From the NCBI RefSeq assembly GCF_001194135.2, contig NC_069002.1, positions 33,373,999 through 33,421,686 on the forward strand: a stretch of 47,688 nt of DNA. Direction: 5' to 3'. Each line of letters opens with the position of its first letter. Position 1 is the first letter of the stretch. A program made the translations under genes and the position numbers. The notes beneath the pieces were generated by a model, which was not told where the DNA came from, did not search any database, and saw only the letters and a program-made list of their open reading frames with translations. Source of the stretch: Octopus bimaculoides (lineage: Eukaryota). This document shows, piece by piece, positions 1 to 11,577 of this stretch.

Positions 1-38
<38 letters not shown>

Positions 39-66
39 GAGAGAGAGAGAGAGAGAAATGAATATA

Positions 67-102
<36 letters not shown>

Positions 103-749
103 TATATGCATATATATATACATATATATAGGTGGGTGTATGAATTCAAATATGTACTTTCTGACCTGTCCAGACACCCTCCCCACACGCACATATGTTT
201 ATATACATCCAGATTGAAATCGCTTGGTAAAAATAAGTTCTAAGATTCTCATGTGTATTCCTATATATCCAAGTATAAAACTGCGAAGAACTCTTACTAT
301 AGTGAAACACTTCTTTCACTGGAATTCATATTTTGAAGGAGCAAAGAATAGATTTGCATTAAAAAAAATCACAAATAAGCAAATCCCCCACCAATACGAG
401 CAAAACACAACCATCTCTCCTCCCAAAAAAGGTAAAAAAACAAATAAAGATGGAGAAAATGTGTTCTTCGGTGTTTTCGTAACCAATCTGGAGTTAAGTA
501 TAAAGCATAACGTTAACTAATGAAATATTAACACGAACCTCGAAGATTTGAAAACGTAATGTTATATTTTCTGTATATAAAGTATTTCCATTATTTATGA
601 AATCTCCTTAACATTTTTGTAACCAAATAATATGGATTATTTACCGCATGCTGTGAGGTGTGGGTAGCGATTTCTGCACACCTGATAGTCACACCACATT
701 CTTTCGTACTATATATGGATTATGTATGCTACTGTGTGCACGTAATGCT

Positions 750-911
750 TCATGGCATTTCGTCTGTCTTTACGTTCTCAGTTTAATTTCCGCTTAGGTC
801 GAATTTACCGTTAATCCGTTCGGGGTCCATTCGATAAAATATATACCATTTGAATATTGGAGTCGATTTGATCGATTTAGTCTCTCCCACAAAATTGCTG
901 CATTTGTGCCT
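750..911 (+). mobile_element. SINE family C, decayed copy
   Basis: GGCATTTCGTCTGTCTTTACGTTCTCAGTTTAATTTCCGCTTAGGTCG...CGGGGTCCATTCGATAAA...GAGTCGATTTGATCGA aligns by eye with the copies at 4567 and 7844. Confidence 0.75.
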
Positions 912-1616
912 GTTGTGTCGACGTCCGCAAGCGTAGAAGTAGGGTCGACCAAGTCATATAAATAGAGTTAGTCTGACCGAGGTAGGAATGGACCGACAGT
1001 GGACTGACGGTTGAGTAGCTGTCGTGTAGCGGTTGAGCAGAGATCATCCGAAGATGCTAGAAAACAGTAGCTTGAGATATAACAGTGCCAAAAATTTAAA
1101 ACCTCCCAATCACAAAGGAAGGCATTTTAAGTGCAGTAAGATACCAGGAAGATTCTGAATTCAGCAGAGATGAATAAACATATTGGAATCTTTCAGAATT
1201 AGCAATTATATTTGTACTCCATTCGATTGGTAAATCCTGACTTGTCTCGATGCACACATATTCACACACATAATTATAACATGTTTATCCCCAGTTAAAT
1301 GCGGATGTTCTATTAGACCAGACTATACTGCAGTAGTTAGCATTTGTTCTAAGAGATCATCGAGGTTTAAGTGGTTATAAATATTACCTCTCGGTTTTAC
1401 TACTGCCTATGTCGCTAATATATATTTTAAAATATATTTCTACTTTCTCTTCTATGGGAAAAAATATTTGTATATTTAGTCTTTATACACGTTGTATAAA
1501 GCAAATTAATAATCACAGTAGGTTTGCAAATGCCATATACACCCTAACGTTGTTGTATAAACATAACCATGCGCATACTTTCTACGTATGCCCGGTCGAC
1601 AGCTGCACACGATATA

Positions 1617-1648
<32 letters not shown>

Positions 1649-2566
1649 ACGAGACCAGAAATTATACATGGCGTGTATCTATTCAGTTTACATCGCAAAT
1701 TCTCTCTTTATATTCAGCCAAGTCAAACTCTACACACTTTATCCGCAGAACAATCACACACTATAGATATATGAAATCACCAACTATACACTAGACACAT
1801 AACCAATGAAAATCCATACACGGTGTGTATATACCCAATTAACAATCATAATCAGCGGGTGTCTATAAAAGCGCTGCGTCTCTATATTTAGACGATTTCT
1901 CATCCAGTGTATTACTTACTGTGATTTGTCCAATAATTTTCCGTCCAGTTACATAAACCAATATATCAATATTATTAGAGTAATTTAACAGAAAGATCTA
2001 TAGAATGTAGTTATATATACAGATGTACCTGGTGACGGCAAACGTTGTTTGCTTAGCAAAATCAATAGCGTTCACATAGTAATTTATAGAGAGAGAGAGT
2101 TAAATTCGGAGACTATAATTATTACATTTATTTAGCTCGTGTAACAAGAGAAACACCATAATTAAAAGTAGAAAGCGTGGCACTGGTATGTGTCTAATTG
2201 ATTCTAGACCAAATGGTCGTATTAGAAATCTTGTATGGAAACGATATTCCACCTAATATCATGCTGTTTATGATTCTTTTAGAATAAATGGTAAGCTGTA
2301 AAATTTAATAAACATGGAACAGCAACATCCGTATAAGTAGATATTGACCATTTTCAAGTGAGGTTTAATTAACACAGTTCATAACAATTCAATTGATACA
2401 TTATAGATTCTTTGCACATTCAACAGTGTTCAAAGGTTCTACAATTCATTATTGTTCCTGGAGAGAGACTATACTGTCACCAAGTCTATAGAATGATGAG
2501 GTGCTAAAAGGTTTTAGCAGCAGTAGTGTAAATCATAACGTCCATAATTCTTTAGTTATAAGCATA

Positions 2567-2616
<50 letters not shown>

Positions 2617-4394
2617 NNNNNNNNNNNNNNNNNNNNNNNNNNNNNNNNNNNNNNNNNNNNNNNNNNNNNNNNNNNNNNNNNNNNNNNNNNNNNNNNNNNN
2701 NNNNNNNNNNNNNNNNNNNNNNNNNNNNNNNNNNNNNNNNNNNNNNNNNNNNNNNNNNNNNNNNNNNNNNNNNNNNNNNNNNNNNNNNNNNNNNNNNNNN
2801 NNNNNNNNNNNNNNNNNNNNNNNNNNNNNNNNNNNNNNNNNNNNNNNNNNNNNNNNNNNNNNNNNNNNNNNNNNNNNNNNNNNNNNNNNNNNNNNNNNNN
2901 NNNNNNNNNNNNNNNNNNNNNNNNNNNNNNNNNNNNNNNNNNNNNNNNNNNNNNNNNNNNNNNNNNNNNNNNNNNNNNNNNNNNNNNNNNNNNNNNNNNN
3001 NNNNNNNNNNNNNNNNNNNNNNNNNNNNNNNNNNNNNNNNNNNNNNNNNNNNNNNNNNNNNNNNNNNNNNNNNNNNNNNNNNNNNNNNNNNNNNNNNNNN
3101 NNNNNNNNNNNNNNNNNNNNNNNNNNNNNNNNNNNNNNNNNNNNNNNNNNNNNNNNNNNNNNNNNNNNNNNNNNNNNNNNNNNNNNNNNNNNNNNNNNNN
3201 NNNNNNNNNNNNNNNNNNNNNNNNNNNNNNNNNNNNNNNNNNNNNNNNNNNNNNNNNNNNNNNNNNNNNNNNNNNNNNNNNNNNNNNNNNNNNNNNNNNN
3301 NNNATATATAAATGTACGTATACGCACATATACAAACACGTTATGCACATACGTATCTGTATACACGTATATGTTTATATATACCATTGTTGTCTGTGAA
3401 CGTGTTTTTATATACATGTTATTTTATCTGTATGTTATTAATATTCAGAAGAAATTACGCATGACTTAATAAGTGCAGCTAATTAAATTTTTACCATACA
3501 TAACACTGAAAAAAACACGAAGACTAACCTGAACTTTGTAGGGTAATTAATCCTGCGGTAATTTAGAATATGCCCGTAAATCTAGCACTTTCTAAAAAAT
3601 CAGTCTAACGAATTTGTTTATAGAAAAATATGTCGATATTCGGTTCGTTTATACGAATTACCTAGGAATTATAAGAAACTGATGAGGAAGAACAAATGAA
3701 ATATCGGGTCTAATGGCAAGAATGAAGGGATATCAATTCGTTAATTATAAAGTTTAAAAAATACATGATGAAAAACTGCTGGAGTCTTGTATGGTAAGAG
3801 TATCATTTTTCTGTCCTGACTGAAGTCAAATTTTAGTGATGCTTTCTCAATCGTACATCCACATTGAAGAACAAGTTAAACCTGAATACCGTAGATGATA
3901 TTCAAACGAATGCCATTTGAATGAGCGATGTGTTGAATCATTTTGCAAGAACAACAGACAGATCAAACGCATTACTTCTTATAGTAATGCACAATTTAAT
4001 GCTAAATATTCTCAGCAGAGAAATAGGTTTTGATGAAGACTTCAGATTTTGACACAGGTTAGACACTTTGAGAGAGAAGGAGAGGCTAATTCGATTAAAG
4101 GGAGTCTAGTGTTCAAATGTTATTTATGCGATAAACCCCGAGAGTATGAAAGGTAAAGGAGACCGCGGCGGTATCTTAACGCAGAAACTAGATACCAGGA
4201 AGAAATACCTGAAAAAGTTTTTTTGCCCGACTCGATAAAGATTTTACCAGATTGCTCTCTTAAAATAAGTAATAATGAAAATAATTATAGGCACGCAGCC
4301 AGAAATTTTGGAAGAAGGGGCTAGTCGATTACTCTCTGTAATGAAGTGGTAATAATTTCATTGACCCCAAAAAGGAAAAAAAAAAGCAGATTTG

Positions 4395-4485
4395 GTATCG
4401 GCGGAATTTGAACTCAGAACGTAAAGACCAACGAAATACCGCCACGATTCCTCCGTCATGATAGCGTTTCTTGTAGCTCGCCGCA
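4395..4485 (-). mobile_element. SINE family C, 5' fragment
   Basis: GGCGGAATTTGAACTCAGAACGTAAAGAC...AGCTCGCCGC is the reverse complement of the family C head. Confidence 0.7.
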
Positions 4486-4566
4486 AACCCCCACCCAAAA
4501 GAAACGCAGAAAAGTGTAATAATCAATAAACAAAAAATATATACATTGCACTAATCTTTTATAATA

Positions 4567-4768
4567 TAGACACAAGGCCCGAAATTTTTGGGGAGGGAGT
4601 CAGTTGATTAGATCGTCCCTAGAACAAAACTGGTACTTAATTTATCAACCCCGAAAGAATGTAAGGAAAAGTCGACCTCGGCGGAATTTGAACTCAGAAC
4701 ATAAAGACAGACGAATGCCGCTAAGTATTGCGCCCGACTTGGTAACGTTTAAGGCAGCTCGCGGCCTT
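4567..4768 (-). mobile_element. SINE family C, near full length (tRNA-derived head, conserved central domain)
   Basis: Minus strand carries B-box-like GTTCTGAGTTCAAATTCC, central GAGGTCGACTTTTCCTTACATTCTTTCGGGGTTGATAAATTAAGTACCAG and a GGGCCTTGTGTCTA tail. The central part recalls the Meta-type SINE domain (from memory, needs alignment). Confidence 0.85.
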
Positions 4769-4811
4769 TACACTAATTACAATAATGTATATGTTTACAG
4801 TAATTACAGGT

Positions 4812-5176
4812 CGTTGCACTCCGTCGGTTGCGACAACCAGGGTTCCAGTTGATCCAACCAACGGAATAGCGTGCTCGTGAAATTCACGTGCAAGTGGCTG
4901 AGCACTCCACAGAGACGTGAACCCTTAACGTACTTCACGGAGTGATTCAGTGTGACACTGATTCCAACAAGGCTGGCCCTTTGAAATACACATACAGCAG
5001 AATGGGAGAAAGTTGTGGTGAAAGAGTACAGCAGTGTTTTACACCACACCCTGGCGGAGCCTCGTGGAGCTTTAGGAGTTTTCGCTAAACACTCACAACG
5101 CCAGCTCTGGGAATCGAAACCGCGACTCTACCACTGCGAGTCCGCTGCCCTAACTACTGCGCCATTGCGCCTCCAC
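4812..5176 (-). mobile_element. SINE family A (tRNA-derived), full length, probable 9-bp target-site duplication
   Basis: Minus-strand head GTGGAGGCGCAATGGCGCAGTAGTTAGGGCAGCGG (A box) and GGTTTCGATTCCC (B box); body shared with 22431, 26065, 43919 and 46612; ATTACAGGT flanks at 4803-4811 and 5178-5186. Confidence 0.9.
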
Positions 5177-5630
5177 TATTACAGGTAATATATTGAAGCT
5201 GGTTATCAGGTCGTTACAGGGGTTCAGTATCGTGAACAGATGCAAAGAAACATTATATTATCCCGTATACCATATGTTGAACAAAGCAATGTCGAATACG
5301 TAAATGTACTGGGAGTGCATCATCTTAAGATTATATTATGCTGAGGGAATTTCCAATAAAGCTAATTAAAATAATATTAATTATTAATTTATATTATCTT
5401 CGACATTTCGCATAGTTATATCTTATTAAATTGGCGAATGGCAGGTGCATTAAATATGCATGTAACACCGTGCATTATATATTCATACAAATATGAACGG
5501 ATACATATGAGTGCACGCGCCTATGTATATATACATCATCCACTCCATCTAAATTCAGGACCAAATTCCACAGTATTCTAGGGTTCAAAGGCCCGCAATA
5601 GTCAAGGTTGAAATCTCTAGATTCATTTGA

Positions 5631-5990
5631 AGGGTTTTGGTTCACTAAAACCAACTCTAGGGCTTCATATATTTTAAGCCTAGTATTTATTCTATCGGTC
5701 ACTTTGCCCGAGCCGTTAGGTTACGGTGACGTAAACACATCAACACCGCTTGACAAGCGGTGTTGGCGAAAAGTAAAAACAGGAAGATACATACACACAT
5801 AGATACACACACAAACACACATATATTTATATATATACGACGGGTTTCTCTCAGTTTCCATCTAACAAACCCACTCACAAGGCTTTTGTCGGCCTAAGGC
5901 TATAGAATACACTCGACCCAGGTCCACGCAGTGAGACTCATCCCGAAACCGTGTGGCTGGGAAGAAAACTTCCTATCAAAGAGCCACGCC
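5631..5990 (-). mobile_element. SINE family B (CORE-like), near full length
   Basis: Reverse complement of the head, the GCCGAC...GCCTTGTGAGTGG...GAAACTGA body, an internal (TG/TA)n tract and the CCGATAGAATAAATACTAGGCTT tail; matches the copies at 14553 and 41918. Confidence 0.8.
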
Positions 5991-5991
5991 T

Positions 5992-6030
<39 letters not shown>

Positions 6031-6608
6031 GGCATATATGTAGAGCAATATTACTCATATATTTTCACGTACGTTTATATTTTTCTGGGTATTCCAATCT
6101 CACTAATGTCAATCGATAAAATATTGACATAGTTGGAATGGTGGCAGTATAGATTAAGCTAATCTACGTGTATATGCCATTATCTGACCATCAAGGATGA
6201 GAGCGATGCAATTCAGAAAAGGTCTACAACGGAACGCAGCAGTTATTTTGTCTGCTACATAAGTTAACAATACCATTTGTGAAATGAAACATTATGCATT
6301 AATTTAAGTTATCATATTTTTCAATATCAAGATATTATTTACGGTATTTTTCAGTGGCAGTGCGTATTATATAACCATGTACAAAAACACATACACACGG
6401 ACAGCCGCAAATATACACCCTCACATACATATTCATTTCTGTACATGGGTGTACCGGTATCGATGTGATCGTGTCTTACATTTTAAGTATGTAAATGCAT
6501 ACAGGCTCATTCACAAGTAAATCTGAAATTGTATGCTTATATATACATATGTATGTAATTATATATATGTATATATATGCATTTATATATATATATATAT
6601 ATACATAC

Positions 6609-6668
<60 letters not shown>

Positions 6669-7465
6669 GTGCGTGCGTGCGTGTTTGTTTGTATGTGGTT
6701 GTTTGTGTATATGAGTATGTATATATANNNNNNNNNNNNNNNNNNNNNNNNNNNNNNNNNNNNNNNNNNNNNNNNNNNNNNNNNNNNNNNNNNNNNNNNN
6801 NNNNNNNNNNNNNNNNNNNNNNNNNNNNNNNNNNNNNNNNNNNNNNNNNNNNNNNNNNNNNNNNNNNNNNNNNNNNNNNNNNNNNNNNNNNNNNNNNNNN
6901 NNNNNNNNNNNNNNNNNNNNNNNNNNNNNNNNNNNNNNNNNNNNNNNNNNNNNNNNNNNNNNNNNNNNNNNNNNNNNNNNNNNNNNNNNNNNNNNNNNNN
7001 NNNNNNNNNNNNNNNNNNNNNNNNNNNNNNNNNNNNNNNNNNNNNNNNNNNNNNNNNNNNNNNNNNNNNNNNNNNNNNNNNNNNNNNNNNNNNNNNNNNN
7101 NNNNNNNNNNNNNNNNNNNNNNNNNNNNNNNNNNNNNNNNNNNNNNNNNNNNNNNNNNNNNNNNNNNNNNNNNNNNNNNNNNNNNNNNNNNNNNNNNNNN
7201 NNNNNNNNNNNNNNNNNNNNNNNNNNNNNNNNNNNNNNNNNNNNNNNNNNNNNNNNNNNNNNNNNNNNNNNNNNNNNNNNNNNNNNNNNNNNNNNNNNNN
7301 NNNNNNNNNNNNNNNNNNNNNNNNNNNNNNNNNNNNNNNNNNNNNNNNNNNNNNNNNNNNNNNNNNNNNNNNNNNNNNNNNNNNNNNNNNNNNNNNNNNN
7401 NNNNNNNNNNNNNNNNNNNNNNNNNNNNNNNNNNNNNNNNNNNNNNNNNNNNNNNNNNNNNNNNN

Positions 7466-7503
<38 letters not shown>

Positions 7504-7843
7504 ATATACACATACATATACAAACATCATTTCATGCAAACATACATACAAACATATCTTTGTGTGTTTTTGTGTGTGTGTGTATCTTTACTGTGTATTC
7601 ACGTAATCCTTTGGCCGTACATTAGATAATGAAAAAAGTTGCTTCAGCACGTGGTAAGGAATGTACTGCTACCTCCAAAAGAGCCACTACCATCACTACC
7701 TACGAATCTTCACGGAAACATGCCGCAGTCCATCTGCCACCATTTGTGGCATTAGCACCACCGCTCCACCACAAGGCTTACATCGTAACCATTGCCTCAC
7801 CAAAATTTCCTATTGCTGTAACGTTTATATATTACGGTACAAA

Positions 7844-8070
7844 AGACGGCGAGCTGGCACAATCGTTAGTGCGTCAGGCGAAATGCTTGGCGGAATCTCG
7901 TCTGCCGCTACGTTCTGAGTCGACTCCGCCGAGGTCGACTTTGCCTTTCATCCTTTCGGGGTTGATTAAATAAGTACCACCTAGTCACTGGAGTCGATAT
8001 AATTGACTTAGTTCCTTTGTCTGTCCTTGTTTCTCCCATGTATCTTTAGCCCCTTGTGTGCAATAAAGAA
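7844..8070 (+). mobile_element. SINE family C with perfect 19-bp target-site duplication
   Basis: Head AGACGGCGAGCTGGCACAATCGTTAG, central GAGGTCGACTTTGCCTTTCATCCTTTCGGGGTTGAT; TTATATATTACGGTACAAA at 7825-7843 and 8071-8089. Confidence 0.92.
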
Positions 8071-9441
8071 TTATATATTACGGTACAAACCATCTACAAT
8101 CTACGAATTGAGGTTAGCCGTTGACAATGATATGCACAAGTACTGAACAAAGTGCTTTTTGAAGTTTGGAATTCCATTACAAAGTGTCAACGATGCCTTG
8201 AGGAAAACGATCATCAGTTTTAAAAGAGAAATTCATGAAAATAAAAAAAAAAATATCTGTCTGTACATCCTATTAAATTTTGAAAGTGAAATGTAATTTA
8301 ATAAGCACATTGACTTTATAATCATTCAATGTGTGAATCCACTTTTAGAACACACCGTGTAGTGTGCCTGTATATATANNNNNNNNNNNNNNNNNNNNNN
8401 NNNNNNNNNNNNNNNNNNNNNNNNNNNNNNNNNNNNNNNNNNNNNNNNNNNNNNNNNNNNNNNNNNNNNNNNNNNNNNGTCCATACACACATATGTATAT
8501 ATATGTATACATAAATATATGTGGAGACAGAAATAGAGAGAAATTCCGATTAACATATGCGTATGCCTCTGTGCATGCATTCGTATGTATTTCTTTTACG
8601 ACCGCATAGTCCGGGAGACAGTTAAAAAACTAGATAGGCACCTATAAAAATTGTATTCTTGAAAATTCTAAGTGTTTTTGCAATACCATCTGTATTATAC
8701 GCTCAGAATATTTATTACAAATAAATATTAGAACTAGCATGCCACCATTCTAATGCATACATTTTAAACTTTCTACGCAAATAATTTTCCGCCGTTGAGA
8801 AACAAGCAGCTTTAAAAGCAACACTACTTGAAATCTGATCGTGAGAACATGTTTGGGAAAATGTGACAAAATGAATTTCCAAATTTTATCTTTCCAAACT
8901 TAATGTAACAGGAAAGCATCAAAAATTACAATTAAAATGATTCAAATGGAATATAGTTGTGATTTAATATAATAGGTCTAAAAGAAAATTGTTCAGAATG
9001 TGTCCAAATATAGAACGTGCGTCTAATGGAGTGTGTGTGTGTGTGCATGTGTGTGTGTGTGGGTGTGAGTGTGTGTGTGTACGTGTGTGTGTGAGTGTGT
9101 GTGCCTTGTATATGACAGACAGAAAACTTGTAACATCAGTGTTAAAAATAACTATGTAATATATTTTCTCTTTAGGTCTTGCTGAAAAACAAATAAATAA
9201 AAATTCTTGTCCTGCAGTTGCTGTTGCTATGACTACTAACCTCAACACTACCACGACTATTACTATTACTACTATTAATAATACTGCTACGAGATGACGC
9301 CGACAACGATGACGATGACGATGATGAAGACAATAACGGCCATGACGACGATGATGAGGACAACTGCTGCGATGACGTCGACGCAGGTTCCTGCGACAAC
9401 GAGGTCGATGACAGCGTCGCATTCTGGTATTCAGTGGAGTT

Positions 9442-9909
9442 GGTCTCTTTTCGGACGGTCGAATCCGCAAGGCAACTTTACAAGCAGCCGAGCGACGTCC
9501 ATCGGCGGTAGGGACGGTCGGATTGGGCATTGGTTTCCGAATAATGCGTCCGATGTGTTATTATTGGTGTGTGATAGGTAGTGTCCCAGCATGTGGCTCA
9601 GTCACGTGATTCTGACGAGGAGGCCGGATCGCCTGAAGTTGCACACACGCGCACGCACATACGCACACACGCACGTACACGCACATATGTATATATAAAC
9701 ATACATTGAAAGAGACACAGATGCACGTATTTGTACGTGTCTTTATATGTACTTATAAATATACTTGTAAACATGTATATGTGTGTATACATACACATCG
9801 GACGCATTATTCGGAAACCAATGCCCAATCCGACCGTCCCTACCGCCGATGGACGTCGCTCGGCTGCTTGTAAAGTTGCCTTGCGGATTCGACCGTCCGA
9901 AAAGAGACC
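9442..9909. repeat. Perfect 117-bp inverted repeat (arms 9442-9558 and 9793-9909, 234-bp spacer)
   Basis: Base-by-base comparison: GGTCTCTTTTCGGACGG...CGTCCGATGTGT is the exact reverse complement of ACACATCGGACG...CCGTCCGAAAAGAGACC; the flanking bases do not extend the match. Confidence 0.95.
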
Positions 9910-10170
9910 GCCTTTAGTCGAACATATCGACTCCAGGACTTATTCTTTTCAATCCTGGCAATTATTCAATCGGTCGCTTTTTGCCGAAAGATTGTGATCT
10001 TTCAGGGATGTAAATATACCAACATCGGTTTTCAAGCGATGCTGGGGACAAACAAACACACACACACACACACACACACACCCACACATACACACACATA
10101 CACACACACACACAGACACACACATACACACATACACTCACTTATATATAGATATATGACGGGCTTCTTT
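9907..10170 (-). mobile_element. SINE family B, 3' half, truncated at the right arm of the inverted repeat
   Basis: ACCGCCTTTAGTCGAACATATCGACTCCAGGACTTATTCTT is the reverse complement of the family B tail; CCAACATCGGTTTTCAAGCGATGCTGGGGACAAAC, (CA)n and GACGGGCTTCTTT follow. Confidence 0.85.
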
Positions 10171-10544
10171 TAGAAGACAAATAGAGACGTAAGTGACATA
10201 CCGACAGTGTGTATACATTGAGTATGATACATATAGGACATATATATCATAACTTATGAATATAATATACATTATCTCTGCATTATATTTCACGTAACCC
10301 GTACTTAACATATGCAGGAATTCTATAAACATTATTCATTAGAAATGTTATTAAATTAAACGCTCTTTAATACAATAAACATTTAAATTAATCTTCATGT
10401 AGTGAGCAAATATTTAATACAAATCGTAATTTATATAAGACATATTTGGTAATAAACTCTGCTTATGATAAACATTAATTGTAGCAAGCAGTATTAATAC
10501 AAACAAAATTCATTTAAAAAAAAAAATTATCTTAGGTGCACACA

Positions 10545-10936
10545 CGACTTTGTGGAAATAAGCTTGATTCTCAAGTTGCCTAAACTGTTTTCAGCTGACC
10601 AGAAAAAAACACTCCGGTTTCAATTGCACAAGATCTCCTTGATTGTGTCGAGAACGGTGAAAACCTTTTGAACACTTTGCATAGGCCTCTGAACAGGTAT
10701 CGCCCAGCTTTGGGCAAATTTTGATACGGGTTCTCTGCACTACTTTCTCTGTCATGGTCAATACGACGATCACATGCTACGCACATTCCTTCCAAAAACT
10801 GCTGTAAACAGCAGAAGCGAGGTGGTACATTAAAACTTCCTGCGCCTGCAAAACAGTTTTGAAGGTCAGTCTGTTCCGCGTGACTTCACTCTGTGTGTTT
10901 TAGCTTCGTTACTATGGCAACGGTCCTGATACTTAT
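10545..10936 (-). mobile_element. Mariner (Tc1/mariner) remnant, internally deleted
   Basis: Minus strand ATAAGTATCAGGACCGTTGCCATAGTAACGAAGCTAAA matches the terminal sequence at 18714; translation MTEKVVQRTRIKICPKLGDTCSEAYAK resembles the mariner N-terminal HTH. Confidence 0.8.
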
Positions 10937-11383
10937 ATATATTTATATATATATATATANNNNNNNNNNNNNNNNNNNNNNNNNNNNNNNNNNNNNNNNN
11001 NNNNNNNNNNNNNNNNNNNNNNNNNNNNNNNNNNNNNNNNNNNNNNNNNNNNNNNNNNNNNNNNNNNNNNNNNNNNNNNNNNNNNNNNNNNNNNNNNNNN
11101 NNNNNNNNNNNNNNNNNNNNNNNNNNNNNNNNNNNNNNNNNNNNNNNNNNNNNNNNNNNNNNNNNNNNNNNNNNNNNNNNNNNNNNNNNNNNNNNNNNNN
11201 NNNNNNNNNNNNNNNNNNNNNNNNNNNNNNNNNNNNNNNNNNNNNNNNNNNNNNNNNNNNNNNNNNNNNNNNNNNNNNNNNNNNNNNNNNNNNNNNNNNN
11301 NNNNNNNNNNNNNNNNNNNNNNNNNNNNNNNNNNNNNNNNNNNNNNNNNNNNNNNNNNNNNNNNNNNNNNNNNNNNNNNNNNN

Positions 11384-11440
11384 CTCGACTAAAGGCTGTT
11401 CTCCAGCATGGCCACAATCAAATGACTGAAACAAGTAAAA
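11384..11440 (+). mobile_element. SINE family B 3' tail emerging from a gap
   Basis: CTCGACTAAAGGCTGTTCTCCAGCATGGCCACAATCAAATGACTGAAACAAGTAAAA. Confidence 0.75.
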
Positions 11441-11534
11441 CAGTCATACACCCACCCATCCTCACCCACCCACACTCACACACACACACTCACATACACA
11501 CACTCACACATACACACATACACACACACACACA

Positions 11535-11577
<43 letters not shown>

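Noticed and set aside
5475-5702. ORF with RLKIYEALEL, suggestive of a GIY-YIG C-terminus
   Set aside because: These codons are the family B SINE tail (CCGATAGAATAAATACTAGGCTT).
9442-9909. MITE with 117-bp terminal inverted repeats
   Set aside because: There is no target-site duplication, and the right arm truncates a SINE at a microhomology; a template switch or artefact fits better. Not fully excluded without a genome search.
9821-9997. Kinesin-like ORF MPNPTVPTADGRRSAACKVALRIRPSEKRPPLVEHIDSRTYSFQSWQ (resembles the kinesin VRVAVRIRP start and KIF22)
   Set aside because: Everything after SEKR is the antisense tail of a family B SINE, the first half is the duplicated inverted-repeat arm, and the frame stops with no further motor motifs. 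The resemblance is coincidental.
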